A stretch of 50,413 nucleotides of DNA from a virus (lineage: Duplodnaviria; Caudoviricetes), in IMG/VR virus record IMGVR_UViG_3300014501_001247, positions 1 through 50,413 of that record; one strand, 5' to 3'. Every line of letters starts with the position of its first letter. Position 1 is the first letter of the stretch. Positions 34,865-44,199 of the stretch are shown here, piece by piece. A program made the position numbers and the translations under genes. The notes beneath the pieces are model-generated. The model searched no databases, was not told the origin of the DNA, and saw nothing but the letters and a program-made list of their open reading frames with translations.

Positions 34865-36441
34865 CAGTTGCCTCCGTACCCAGGCCCGCGCTTGAGCGCG
34901 CCGTAGCCGAGATTGACGCGAAGCCCGCGGTTGCCGCGGCTGCGCTCGCGGCGGCCCTTCTCGACCGCGCGCTGGCCTTCCACGAGGCACATGCAGGCGG
35001 CATCGCCCTTGTCCGGCGAGCGGCCGATGCGTTCCTTCTGTTTCTCTTTGTCCTCGAGCAGAATGCCGCCCGCGGTATCGTCCCAGCGATAGGACGCCAG
35101 ATCGGCCTTGAGCTCCGGGTCGTTCGGCAGCGCGATCGCCGAGCCGCCCTCCTGCGAAGGGTCGAGCTCCTCGCGCATGCGCCACACCACCTCGGCGCGG
35201 CGGTTGCGGAATTTCTTCTTGCCGTCGCGGGTGCGCGCCATCGAAGCGGCAACGCCGTTGAAGGCGACCACCTCGATGCCGTTGTCCTTCATGGCGATGA
35301 CGGCGTCGCCACCCCAGCCGCCGCCGAGATCGACCACGACCGGGCAGCGATCACGACGGTGCTTGACGACGTCGCCGGCAGTGGACCGGCCAGTGCGGTC
35401 GACCTCACGCTTGGCGTCGAACGGCGCGAACCAGGCGTCGTAGCGCCAGCAGATCACGCGCTGGTCGCCGCCGCCCGGCGCCACGTCGACCGCCATCGCG
35501 GTCATCGGTGAGCCCTTGGGGATGCCGGGCGTCCAGCGCTGCATCGCCGCCTCGATCCAGGCGGTCGGGATCACCTGCCAGGCGTCGTCCTCGATGACGG
35601 AGGCGAAGTCGCCATCGCGATAGGCTTTACGCAGCGGCCCCTGCAGCGAGTCGAGCATCGCCGCATAGTCGGTCGAGGCGAGATCCGGATTATCGGCAAG
35701 CCCGGAGCGGATGAAGGTGCGCGACTTGGCGAGCACCGGCTTTCGTTCCCAGTCGACCGTGTGCGGGCCGCGGCCCTCGACCTCGACGTCCTCGTCGTCG
35801 GCGCCGCGGATGTACCAGCGCAGCTCGCCGGGCTTTGCCGGCCGCGGATGCAACGGATCGAGCCAGGCGGCCCAGTATTGGATCAGCCAAAGCCCTTCGG
35901 GCTTGGTCGGAGGATTGCCGGTCGCCACGACGCGGCAGCGCTGCCGGGGCCGCGTCGAGCGGTTCCAGGCGGTGATGAACTTGTACTGGCCGAAGGTGAA
36001 GTCGGCGATCTCGTCAAAGCCGTAGAGATCGCGCGGGCGGCCTTTGTAGCGTTCCTTGTCGGCCTCGAACTGGCAGCCGCCGAACTTGATGGCGCGTTCG
36101 CCGAGCCGCAGGATGCGGTCCTGGCCGTTGTAGCCGTGGCCCGAGCCGGCGAGCTCGCGCGCGCGCAGTGCCAGATCCTTGACGTCGTCGTTGACGCGGC
36201 GCAGGACCAGCGAATTCGAATGCGCGGTGAGCCCGAGCCCGATGATCAGGTCGGTCTTGCCGCCGCCGGCTTCACCGCCATAGAACAGCTCGTCGGCCTC
36301 GCAGTAATAGGCCTCGCGCTGCGGCCCGAGGTTCGGCACCCACGGCAGATGTGCGGTCGCCTCGAGCGCCATCTTGGCGAGCGCCGCCTGCTTGGCCGCC
36401 GGCAGCGCGCCATAGCGCTCGAGCACCTCGTCGAGCGTCAT
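34864..36441 (-). CDS. terL: Terminase large subunit
   Basis: Walker A YGGEAGGGKT, Walker B YGFDE, ATGNP; nuclease AVDVAPGGGD and SPDKGDA. Confidence 0.96.
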   Translation of the reverse strand: MTLDEVLERYGALPAAKQAALAKMALEATAHLPWVPNLGPQREAYYCEADELFYGGEAGGGKTDLIIGLGLTAHSNSLVLRRVNDDVKDLALRARELAGSGHGYNGQDRILRLGERAIKFGGCQFEADKERYKGRPRDLYGFDEIADFTFGQYKFITAWNRSTRPRQRCRVVATGNPPTKPEGLWLIQYWAAWLDPLHPRPAKPGELRWYIRGADDEDVEVEGRGPHTVDWERKPVLAKSRTFIRSGLADNPDLASTDYAAMLDSLQGPLRKAYRDGDFASVIEDDAWQVIPTAWIEAAMQRWTPGIPKGSPMTAMAVDVAPGGGDQRVICWRYDAWFAPFDAKREVDRTGRSTAGDVVKHRRDRCPVVVDLGGGWGGDAVIAMKDNGIEVVAFNGVAASMARTRDGKKKFRNRRAEVVWRMREELDPSQEGGSAIALPNDPELKADLASYRWDDTAGGILLEDKEKQKERIGRSPDKGDAACMCLVEGQRAVEKGRRERSRGNRGLRVNLGYGALKRGPGYGGN

Positions 36442-36460
36442 GCGTCAGGCGAAAGGCCGC

Positions 36461-36841
36461 CTAGCTCTGCGGCTGCACGAAGAACAGATAGGTGTTGCCC
36501 GACAGGTTCGAGGCCGAGGTCTGCTGCACCTGGCCGGCGACGCTCACCGTCGCCTCGAACGAGCTCGTAGCGTCGACGAAGGTCGACAGCAGCACGAGCT
36601 CGACATTGTCACCGACCACCGCGCCGGCAACCGTGATGGCGCCCTTGCCGTTCGAGCCGGCGGCAACCGCCTTGATGCCGTTCGGGCCCGAGCGGGTCGA
36701 GCCGATCGACACGCCATCGAGCGCGAACAGACTGCTGATGCTGGCGAACGGACCGCCGCCGTCGCCCTTGACGCCGGTGCGGCGCCCATGGGCCCAGACC
36801 AAAACCTTGTCGCGTAGATCCGTGAAGGTGTAGTTCGCCAT
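36461..36841 (-). CDS. Hypothetical beta-rich structural protein (126 aa)
   Basis: CAGGAG RBS; G/S/T/V-rich composition. Confidence 0.7.
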   Translation of the reverse strand: MANYTFTDLRDKVLVWAHGRRTGVKGDGGGPFASISSLFALDGVSIGSTRSGPNGIKAVAAGSNGKGAITVAGAVVGDNVELVLLSTFVDATSSFEATVSVAGQVQQTSASNLSGNTYLFFVQPQS

Positions 36842-36854
36842 GGTGGTCTCCTGG

Positions 36855-38435
36855 TTAGGGGGCTGACACGGGACAATGCGCCCCGACGCTCAGCGTCGAT
36901 GCTGCGATCGCGTTGCCGAAGAAATCCTGAGTACCCGGGTTGATCCCAAAATCGCTGGAGAGATTGAGCCCGGTGTCGAACATCGGCGAGGTGTGGGCGA
37001 GCTCGTAGTAAGCCGCCAACGCAGCAGCCAGCGAGGCTTGAGTGACGGCGCCGCCAGTGCTGACGGTGCCGGCATTGCCCGGGTTTGCGAGCGTCGGGTT
37101 TGACGTCAGCCCGACGTTGACGCCGCTGACCTTTTCTTGCGCGCTCGCCGTCTGCCAAGCCGCGAAGGAGCTGTAGGTCGTGCCGCCCCACGTCAGGCTG
37201 AAGGCTCCGGTCGAATAGTAATCGTTGCCCTGCATGGTGACAGTGCCGGTGGGCAGCGCCGTGTTGATGATCTTCGCGGCAGCGGAATAGAAGATGTTGT
37301 TCGAGACCTGGCACGAGGAGATCGAGCCGCTGCCGGAATTGAAGCCGAAGCACGACTTGCCGGCGGCGTTGTAGATCGTGTTGCCGTAGAATTGGATGGT
37401 ATGGCCGGTCTGGCCGCCGGTCGCCAAGCCGATGCAGAATTGAGCCGTGCCGTTGGTGTTTGTTCCGTTGTTCTGGCTGATGTTGAAGCGGCAGACCAGG
37501 CCGGTGCCGGTGCCGAGGTTCAGATAGAAATAGATGCCGGGGCCGGCGTTGCCGTGCACGTAGCAAAACTGGACCGTGACGTTCTGGCAATTCGCGTCGA
37601 TGTCGATGCCGCCGCCGCCGTCCGCGGCCGCGGTCGAGACGCCGCCATAGGCCTCGCAGAACTGGACCGTGCCGTTCTTGCTGCTATAGACCTCGATATT
37701 GGTGCCGCCCTGGGCGCCGCAGCCGGACGCCACGCAACCCGAGACCAGAAACCCGGTGACATTGTCCGGGGCGATCCCCGACGTCTGAATGTTGGTGACG
37801 ACGCAATTAAGGATAGCGACGTTGAGTAGGTTCTGGTCAGCGCCGGAACCGGAGGCGGTGACAATGCCGCCGCTGTAACCGGTGGCAACCGTGCATCCCG
37901 TGACGGTGATGCCATTGACGATGGCGCCGGTCGCCGAGGAGTCTTCCAGAAGGATACCGCTATCCCATCCCGAGACCGTGCAGTTCGAGACGGTCCAGTT
38001 CTTCTGGGTCGTATTGTTGACCGTGACTTGGCCGATGATGGCGGTATCGCCAGAGGCCGACCCGGTCGAGGGTCCGACGAAATTAAGATTTTGGATGGTG
38101 ATGTTCGAGACATCAAAAAACCAGATGCCGTAGTCCGCCGAGATCGTCGAAATGATAGGCTTGGCGCCGCTGCCATAAGACGAGATCGTGACGTTCGACT
38201 GGTAGAGCTGCCCGACGGCGCCGTTGGCGTTGACCGTGGAGAAGGTGTCGCCGGCCTTGAGCAGGATGAGGACCGGGACGCCGCTCGTGAGCGTCGTGAG
38301 GTTGGCCAGCGTCTGCCACGGCTTCGCCGGGGATTTTCCGCTGTTGGCGTCGCTGCCGCCGGACGCCGAGACGTAATAGGTCAGCATGCCGCCCCGGAGA
38401 GCGATCTCCGGGATGCGCAGGCCGAGCCCGAGCAC
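36855..38435 (-). CDS. Head-spike fibre with right-handed parallel beta-helix (pectate-lyase-like) domain (526 aa)
   Basis: N-terminal MLGLGL anchor peptide; YYVSASGGSDANSG.SP.KPWQTL; Asn/Cys-ladder PbH1-type repeats; follows the spike base gene. Confidence 0.75.
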   Translation of the reverse strand: MLGLGLRIPEIALRGGMLTYYVSASGGSDANSGKSPAKPWQTLANLTTLTSGVPVLILLKAGDTFSTVNANGAVGQLYQSNVTISSYGSGAKPIISTISADYGIWFFDVSNITIQNLNFVGPSTGSASGDTAIIGQVTVNNTTQKNWTVSNCTVSGWDSGILLEDSSATGAIVNGITVTGCTVATGYSGGIVTASGSGADQNLLNVAILNCVVTNIQTSGIAPDNVTGFLVSGCVASGCGAQGGTNIEVYSSKNGTVQFCEAYGGVSTAAADGGGGIDIDANCQNVTVQFCYVHGNAGPGIYFYLNLGTGTGLVCRFNISQNNGTNTNGTAQFCIGLATGGQTGHTIQFYGNTIYNAAGKSCFGFNSGSGSISSCQVSNNIFYSAAAKIINTALPTGTVTMQGNDYYSTGAFSLTWGGTTYSSFAAWQTASAQEKVSGVNVGLTSNPTLANPGNAGTVSTGGAVTQASLAAALAAYYELAHTSPMFDTGLNLSSDFGINPGTQDFFGNAIAASTLSVGAHCPVSAP

Positions 38436-38439
38436 CGCG

Positions 38440-38769
38440 TCAGTCCATCAGCGCGACAATGGCGCTCGCCGTCGTGTTGGTGTTCATGACCCGGCGCACC
38501 ATCACCGGGAACCAGCCGACCGGCACATTCTGGAAGGTCACCGCGGTGCCGGCGCCGGAATTGCTGTCGTCGCCGGCGGTGATCACCACCACATTGCCGG
38601 TCACCCCGATATAGAGCGCCTTGGCGTAGCTCGGATCGGCGTCGCCGGTTGAGTTGACCAGATCCTTGGTGTCGCTCGGCGTCACCGCGAAGGCGAGCCG
38701 CGCCTGGTCGGACGGCAGATGGCAGACCGGCCAGCGGTCGTACATGCTGTTCTTGGTGTCGGCGGCCAT
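38440..38769 (-). CDS. Head-spike base protein, RcGTA Rcc01079 family
   Basis: AFAVTPSD..DL...KALYIGVTGNV.V...VTF.NVPVG..PV.VRRV..T.TTA..IVAL signature. Confidence 0.85.
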   Translation of the reverse strand: MAADTKNSMYDRWPVCHLPSDQARLAFAVTPSDTKDLVNSTGDADPSYAKALYIGVTGNVVVITAGDDSNSGAGTAVTFQNVPVGWFPVMVRRVMNTNTTASAIVALMD

Positions 38770-39384
38770 CTATTTGGTCTCCTTCGCGGCTTCGCCCGCG
38801 GCGCCCTCGAGCAGCGCAAACGCGATGCGCCGCGCGATCTCGTTCGGCGTGCAGTCGCTGACGTCCTTGGTCTCGATCGGGCCGCCGTTCGGGCCGGCGT
38901 GCTCGTGGCGCTGCTTTTCCAGGCCGAGGTAATTGCGCAGCGCGTTCAGCGCACCGAGCTTGTCGTGCAGCGTGAACTTCTTGATGCGCGGGGCGAGCCG
39001 CTTCTTGCGGCCCTTGCCGACGACCGTCTGCTCGAAGGTGAAGCTGGAGATCGCCGCGGACTGCCCGCGGCTCAACTTCGACAGACAGATCTTCGGATCG
39101 GCGATGCCCAGCGCGATGTAATCGCCCATATTCGAGAAAGCGATCTTGGCGAGCTCGGCGATCACGTCCTCGGCCTTGACCGTCGAGGCCTCGGCGGCCG
39201 CGGCTTTGAGCCCGGAAACGCGCGCGGCGACCTTAACATCACGCAACAGGCGAGAGGCCGCAGCATCGGCTACCGCATCGCTGTTCGGCTTGTAGCCGGC
39301 GCCGCGATAGGCATCGCGGCCGCTCGAGCCCTCGACGATCGCGCGTGCGAAGGCCTCGTGTTTGGCGTTCTCTAGTGCCGGCAT
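38770..39384 (-). CDS. terS: Terminase small subunit
   Basis: L.NAKHEAF......G.....AY..AGY......AASRLL...V..R; ELAKIAFSN; DKLGAL..L..YLG; EHAGPNGGPI. Confidence 0.9.
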   Translation of the reverse strand: MPALENAKHEAFARAIVEGSSGRDAYRGAGYKPNSDAVADAAASRLLRDVKVAARVSGLKAAAAEASTVKAEDVIAELAKIAFSNMGDYIALGIADPKICLSKLSRGQSAAISSFTFEQTVVGKGRKKRLAPRIKKFTLHDKLGALNALRNYLGLEKQRHEHAGPNGGPIETKDVSDCTPNEIARRIAFALLEGAAGEAAKETK

Positions 39385-39386
39385 GT

Positions 39387-39686
39387 TCACCGCTGCGCGT
39401 CGAGCGCCGAATATCCGGGCAACGGGTCGCCGCACAACGACGCGGTGAGGTCGCGCGGCGCGAGCCCGCGGCGGTGCTCGCGATCGGCGAGCACGCTGTC
39501 GGGCACGCGCTCCTCGATCGTCGCGCCTTGCGCCCGACGACCGAGCAGCTCGGGATGGCTGCGCAGATACTTATAGGCCGTGACCTCCGCCATGCCGGCG
39601 GCATTGGCCGCGGCCGCGACGCTGGCGCCGCCGCGGCGCACGCGCAGCAAGGTCGCGATCTGATACTCGGTGAGCGGCCGCGTCAT
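39387..39686 (-). CDS. HTH protein with C-terminal RDLTA..CGDPLPGYSAL motif
   Basis: G.SVAAAANAAGMAEVTAYKYL helix-turn-helix; the motif is shared with ORF 44634-44888. Confidence 0.65.
   Translation of the reverse strand: MTRPLTEYQIATLLRVRRGGASVAAAANAAGMAEVTAYKYLRSHPELLGRRAQGATIEERVPDSVLADREHRRGLAPRDLTASLCGDPLPGYSALDAQR
39400..39458. repeat. 59-bp imperfect direct repeat, copy 1 (copy 2 at 44650-44708)
   Basis: 53/59 identical by manual alignment. Confidence 0.85.
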
Positions 39687-39694
39687 GAATTGAC

Positions 39695-40642
39695 CTACAG
39701 AAACTTCTTGCCCGCATGCCCGCGGAAGGCATCCGCGACCTGGACGTAGCCGAGCGTGGTGTCGATCTTGGCGTGCCCGGCGTGTTTGGCGATCGCGGCG
39801 AGCTCGGCGCCAGCGTCGGAGGCCGAGGTGATGAAACCGGAGCGCAGCGAGTGGCCGGCGAACTGCGCCGGATCGAGCCCGATCTTTGTTGATCGCGACT
39901 TTACAATCCGCGCAACCTGCTTGTCGGAAAGCCGAATTTGCTTGACGCTGGTGCCGCGCACGCCGCGAAACAGCGCGCCCTCAGCGATGCCGGAAGCCGC
40001 CAGCCAGGCGTCGAGCGCGGCGACCGCCTTGAGTTTTGCGCCGTACGGCACCGCCTTGACGGCGCCGGCGCCGACCTGGTCGGTCTTCGAGCGGCGCACC
40101 GTGATGACGATGCCCTTGGCGTGGCGCGCGATGTCGGCGACGTCGAGCGCGACCAACTCGGAGCGGCGCAGCGCCGCGGCAAAGCCGATCAGGATCAGCG
40201 CGCGATCGCGCAGTCCCGCGAGATCCTGCGGGATCTTCCGGACCAAGCGAGCGACCAGGTCCGCGGTGAGCGCGGCTTTCTTGCGCGGCGCCGTGCCGAG
40301 CGAACGGCGAATGCCCTGCAGCGTCGCCTTGACGCCGGGATGCGCCGCCGGATTGTCATGGCCGAGCGAGCAATGGACGTGGCGGATGGCGGCGGCGCGG
40401 CGCGCGATGGTGGTGGCCCGAGCGCCGCCGGCGGCGAGCGCGCCGAGATAGGCGGCGACCTGGCCGGGATGCGCCGGCAGCGGCTTCGAGTGCACGCTCT
40501 CGCACCAGATCACGAAGTGGCGCCAGTCGGCGCCGTACGCCCGCAAGGTCGCCTTGGCCTTCGCGGCGCTGGCGTAGTCTTTGGCCGCGTCAACCGCGGC
40601 CTCGAGCGCTGTCGAGGCGGCCGGGACGAGCTCATTGCCCAT
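39695..40642 (-). CDS. Cre-like tyrosine recombinase (315 aa)
   Basis: N-terminal SAM-like domain (ATLRAY.ADW..F..WC); catalytic RDRAL...LRRSE, SKTDQ, HSLRSG, GH and Y (LGYV); no arm-binding domain. Confidence 0.92.
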   Translation of the reverse strand: MGNELVPAASTALEAAVDAAKDYASAAKAKATLRAYGADWRHFVIWCESVHSKPLPAHPGQVAAYLGALAAGGARATTIARRAAAIRHVHCSLGHDNPAAHPGVKATLQGIRRSLGTAPRKKAALTADLVARLVRKIPQDLAGLRDRALILIGFAAALRRSELVALDVADIARHAKGIVITVRRSKTDQVGAGAVKAVPYGAKLKAVAALDAWLAASGIAEGALFRGVRGTSVKQIRLSDKQVARIVKSRSTKIGLDPAQFAGHSLRSGFITSASDAGAELAAIAKHAGHAKIDTTLGYVQVADAFRGHAGKKFL

Positions 40643-40659
40643 CGCCAGGCGCCTCCCCG

Positions 40660-40716
40660 GAAGGTCCGATAACGAGGTGCGGCCGAGCGTCCGATAAGGG
40701 CAGCTATCGGACCTTC
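40660..40716. promoter_or_regulatory. Putative recombinase binding/crossover site (lox/dif-like)
   Basis: GTCCGATA(40689-96)-8 bp spacer-TATCGGAC(40705-12), plus a third half-site GAAGGTCCGATA (40660-71) that is a perfect 12-bp inverted repeat of 40705-16. Confidence 0.7.
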
Positions 40717-40761
40717 AGACGCGATTAGGTGAGGGACGTCGAGGCGGCCTGCAGGTGCGCG

Positions 40762-40950
40762 TTACCCACCGCCTCGACACGTCCGCGCTTCCCCGTTGCC
40801 CCGCAGCCGTTCGGCGATCGTGCGCGCCTCGTGGGCGAGCTCCGATCGTTCCTCGTAAAAGGCATGCGGATTGCGGTGCGAGATTGGTCTGAGCCGCGCG
40901 ATGCGCACAGCCAGCGCGTCGAGCTCGATGGCGACAGCGCGTTCGTTCAC
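40762..40950 (-). CDS. Hypothetical protein (62 aa)
   Basis: GTG start; helical RIARLRP...P.AF.EERSELA pattern; lies between the terminator and the recombinase site. Confidence 0.5.
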   Translation of the reverse strand: MNERAVAIELDALAVRIARLRPISHRNPHAFYEERSELAHEARTIAERLRGNGEARTCRGGG

Positions 40951-40979
40951 ATGACCCAGCCCTGGAGTTCAGCGCCGAT

Positions 40980-41006
40980 AAAAAAAGCCCGGGCGAAAAC
41001 CCGGGC
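40980..41006 (-). terminator. Rho-independent terminator after the early operon
   Basis: GCCCGGG-6 nt loop-CCCGGGC followed by T7 on the minus strand. Confidence 0.8.
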
Positions 41007-41014
41007 GAAATTTC

Positions 41015-41674
41015 TCAGCCTGCATTGTCATAGTCGCGCCGCCCGCCTCGCCCGGTCAAGCCGAAATGCCGGGCGAGCGCGCCCAACCCGCGGGTAAGGT
41101 AAACGAAGTCTTCCGCCGCGATCGCCTCGCCGTGTACGGCGACGCGCGCCACCGCTTTCGCCGCGCGCTGGCCGGCGCCGATCACCGCGGCGAAGGCGCC
41201 GTCGTAGCGCGCCTTCTTTTTTGCGCACGGACATTCCTGCGCGTCGCCGCCGCACGGCCACCGCCGCACCGTCACAGGCACGCCCCCGATCTTAACAATG
41301 CGCTCGCTCGCCTCGGCGAATGCGGCGGGACAAGTAGGCGCGCCCGCCACCGGCTCGTCGGCATCGAGCACGCGCTCGGGCTCGACCACGGCGCGCAGCG
41401 AGGTTGCGCGCGGCGCTTCGATGACCGAGCGATAGGCGCCGACCACCGCGGCGTAGAGCGCGCCGGCGTCGTGCTCGGCATCGCTGATGATGTGCCTCAG
41501 GTTGAACCGACCCAGCATCGACTCGGCCTTCTCGGAGAAGCGATCGTCTTCGGAGAGCCCGCGGCGGTGCGGCTGGCGCGAGGATCTCACGCGATCGTCC
41601 GGCGCGCGCTCGCGCACCAGCTGGCCGGACGGATGGCGACTGCCGGCCTTCCGCTTGCGACCGCGACGCGCCAC
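41015..41674 (-). CDS. Putative late-gene regulator (DUF6456-like)
   Basis: GGGGGAG RBS, GTG start; RGRKRK.G.R.PSG.L, LGR......IS..E..AG..Y and L.RGL.ALARHFGL; last gene before the terminator and packaging genes. Confidence 0.6.
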   Translation of the reverse strand: MARRGRKRKAGSRHPSGQLVRERAPDDRVRSSRQPHRRGLSEDDRFSEKAESMLGRFNLRHIISDAEHDAGALYAAVVGAYRSVIEAPRATSLRAVVEPERVLDADEPVAGAPTCPAAFAEASERIVKIGGVPVTVRRWPCGGDAQECPCAKKKARYDGAFAAVIGAGQRAAKAVARVAVHGEAIAAEDFVYLTRGLGALARHFGLTGRGGRRDYDNAG

Positions 41675-41742
41675 GCCAACTCCCCCAACGCCCTCGACGC
41701 CCCATCCTCTCCCGCGAGCGGAAGAGGCAAAACGAAAACCTC

Positions 41743-42096
41743 TCACGCCACCAGCGGCGCTTCGCTCGCCCGCGAGATCGAGACCTTGGCGCCGAGCGCG
41801 ATCGCGTAGCACTGCTCGCGCTCGCCGTTGCCGAGCGTCGCCGGCAGCACCGTCGGCGGCACGTCGCTGTCGATGGCGCGCAAAAAACTCGCGGCGAGAC
41901 GCAGCACCTGCTCGCGCGCGAAACTCTCGTGACTGTCGTAGGAGGTCACCGTGACCGCGCCGCCGGCGCCGACCTCCAGGCGCGCCCCCCGCGGCGCGCG
42001 CGGCCACTCCCCGACCGGCGCGCGCAACAGCAGCGCGTCAGGCAGCCGGAACCGGAAGTTCACGTAAGACCGCGCGGGCGGGCGGAATTCCCTCAT
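41743..42096 (-). CDS. Hypothetical protein (117 aa)
   Basis: ORF in operon orientation; no motif recognised. Confidence 0.45.
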   Translation of the reverse strand: MREFRPPARSYVNFRFRLPDALLLRAPVGEWPRAPRGARLEVGAGGAVTVTSYDSHESFAREQVLRLAASFLRAIDSDVPPTVLPATLGNGEREQCYAIALGAKVSISRASEAPLVA

Positions 42097-42133
42097 GGCG
42101 CGTGCACCATCGCCGCGAAGGTTGACGTTTTGC

Positions 42134-42316
42134 TTAAAGCGCCGCCCGGCGTCCCAGCGCGAGCTCGACCTGCTCGAGCTTGACCAGCACGGCCGACCAG
42201 CGCGGCCACCACGGCGCGAAGGTCACCTCGACCAAACCCTCGGCGGCAAAAACCTTCATCACCCGGCCGCGGACCAGGATCTCGGCGTCTTCGACCAGCT
42301 CGTCGGCGCGGGCCAT
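42134..42316 (-). CDS. Hypothetical protein (60 aa)
   Basis: GAGGT RBS; SH3/KOW-like alternating beta pattern. Confidence 0.55.
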   Translation of the reverse strand: MARADELVEDAEILVRGRVMKVFAAEGLVEVTFAPWWPRWSAVLVKLEQVELALGRRAAL

Positions 42317-42398
42317 GTGCTACCTCACAGCGCCCCCCTTACATATAGGACGCCCAAGGCAGAAAAGCGCGCTGTTCCAATCTGATGGACGGCGGTCC

Positions 42399-42989
42399 TC
42401 ACCCGCCGTCTGAGGAACCCCGATTATCCTCGCCCTCATCCTCGGCCAGCTTGCCCGCCTCCGCGAGCTTGGCGCGCACCGCCAGCGCCAGCCGCTGCGC
42501 CTCGCCGAGCACCCGCTCGATGGCGTCGAGCTGCCGGTCGCGGGCGGGCGATGCCAGGAAGGCGTCGATGTGCTGCAGGTCGGCGCGCAGCTGGCGGGCG
42601 ATCTCCATCAGTCGCTCCTCGCGCTGCTCGCGGCTCTCGCGCCGCGCGGCGCCCGTCAGCTCGCGGCCGACCGCCTCCGCCGCCTGGCCGACCCGATCCT
42701 GGTTCGCTGCTGCTGCCGCTTGAGCCATCGCCGCCTCCGTTCCACGTGAAGTTTTACACCGATCCGCCAGCGCCGGCAGCACCTTGCCGGGCCCTGGCGC
42801 GGCCTCCCGGCGCCGGTAATCCTCGCGCATATAGGCCGCGCGACACTTCGAGCACCAGGATCCCGAGCCATCGCGAGGCTCGCCGCAGCGCGAGCACACC
42901 GCCACCGTGCCGAGCGCCTCGGCGAGCCGTTTTTTCGTCCGCGCCGCCCGCTGCGACGCCGCGCTGTGCGCCTCGAGGGGAGTGCTCAT
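42399..42989 (-). CDS. Zinc-finger-containing hypothetical protein (196 aa)
   Basis: CSRC...WCSKC followed by a coiled coil. Confidence 0.55.
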   Translation of the reverse strand: MSTPLEAHSAASQRAARTKKRLAEALGTVAVCSRCGEPRDGSGSWCSKCRAAYMREDYRRREAAPGPGKVLPALADRCKTSRGTEAAMAQAAAAANQDRVGQAAEAVGRELTGAARRESREQREERLMEIARQLRADLQHIDAFLASPARDRQLDAIERVLGEAQRLALAVRAKLAEAGKLAEDEGEDNRGSSDGG

Positions 42990-43001
42990 CGTCGAGCCCC
43001 A

Positions 43002-43973
43002 TCACCCGGTCCCCTGGTCGCGTCGCCCCGGCCGCGGCGGCAGGAGCGACAGCTCCGGCTGCTCCTTGAGCGGCAGCCGGCGCAGCCCGTCGACCACGAG
43101 ATTGTGGAAGCGCTCGCCGACGTAGTGGGTCTCGGCGGCCCGCTCGATCACCTCGCGCAGGCCGCGGGCGTCGCCACGGGCGCGGCGCAGCCAGCCGGCG
43201 ATGCGCCGCTCCGCCGGCTCACCCCCCTCCGCCATGCGCGCGGCGACGAGATCGCGACCCGTTGCCGCCAGCCACAGCTGCGAGAGTGCAGCCACCGGGT
43301 TGTCCCCATTGTCCGCGCTTTGCATGGGGACAGCGTCGAGGCCGATCGTCGCCTCGCTCGGCCGATCGAGCCGGTCTGTTCCCTGGTCAGCCCTTTGGGC
43401 CGCGACACCCTCTCCGCGCGCGCGCGCGTCCTCCAGGTGGAGAGGATCTTTAATTTGCTCTTCTCTTGCGTGACTGGTCACGATGTCACGGCGTGACGTC
43501 ACGTGACTGTGGACAGGCGGCGGGCGGGCGGCCGCAATGCCATGTGCCTCGCGCTCCGCTTTGAGCTTGGCCCGGTGACGGCGCTGCCGTTCTGCCGCGG
43601 TGTGATCGTCGGATTCCGGATTGCGCGCCTGGAAGCCCGTGATGAAATCCTGGTCGATCCAGAAAATGTCCGGGTCTTCTAAGGCGGCACGGATCCGCGC
43701 CACCGCGTCGGGGCGAAGCTGAAGGGAGGCGGCGAACTCGGGGACGGACATGTCCGCGACCGAGCCGCGCGGCTCGCTGGCATTGGCCAAACACTCGAGA
43801 CGCAACGCGACAGAAACCACCTGGTGCACGGGGGCGCGCGCGATCAGCGCGGCCGCCCGCAGCACCGGGTAGTCGGGAAAGCCGTTGGGGACCTTGCACC
43901 ACTCAAAGCGCGGCGCCCGCGTGCGCTTCGGCGGCTGCGGCGTCGGCGGCGCGCCGCGCTCGCGCCAAGTCAT
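43002..43973 (-). CDS. Putative replication initiator / replisome organiser (323 aa)
   Basis: N-terminal winged-helix-like region, then TAAERQRRHR..K and VTSRRD.VT repeats typical of lambdoid initiators; position downstream of cro. Confidence 0.65.
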   Translation of the reverse strand: MTWRERGAPPTPQPPKRTRAPRFEWCKVPNGFPDYPVLRAAALIARAPVHQVVSVALRLECLANASEPRGSVADMSVPEFAASLQLRPDAVARIRAALEDPDIFWIDQDFITGFQARNPESDDHTAAERQRRHRAKLKAEREAHGIAAARPPPVHSHVTSRRDIVTSHAREEQIKDPLHLEDARARGEGVAAQRADQGTDRLDRPSEATIGLDAVPMQSADNGDNPVAALSQLWLAATGRDLVAARMAEGGEPAERRIAGWLRRARGDARGLREVIERAAETHYVGERFHNLVVDGLRRLPLKEQPELSLLPPRPGRRDQGTG

Positions 43974-44199
43974 GCGCAGCCCCCGGCTTGCACCCTCGCC
44001 CGCGCAGCTGGAGAGGACCGATCGCGCCGCGCGCGATCAGGTGAGGGCTCGTCCGCTCGTGCGGCGACGCGGACCACCCTCACCCGATCGCTGCGCGATC
44101 GCCATCTCCCGCAAGCGGGAGAGGAAACTCGCCGGCGCACACCGGAAGGCATGTCGATTTTTTCGCCCTCAAATGAGGACGCAAAAAGTGACGACGCGC

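Noticed and set aside
42330-42385. CCTATAT (RpoH-like -10) upstream of ORF 42316
   Set aside because: No CTTG-type -35 at the right spacing.
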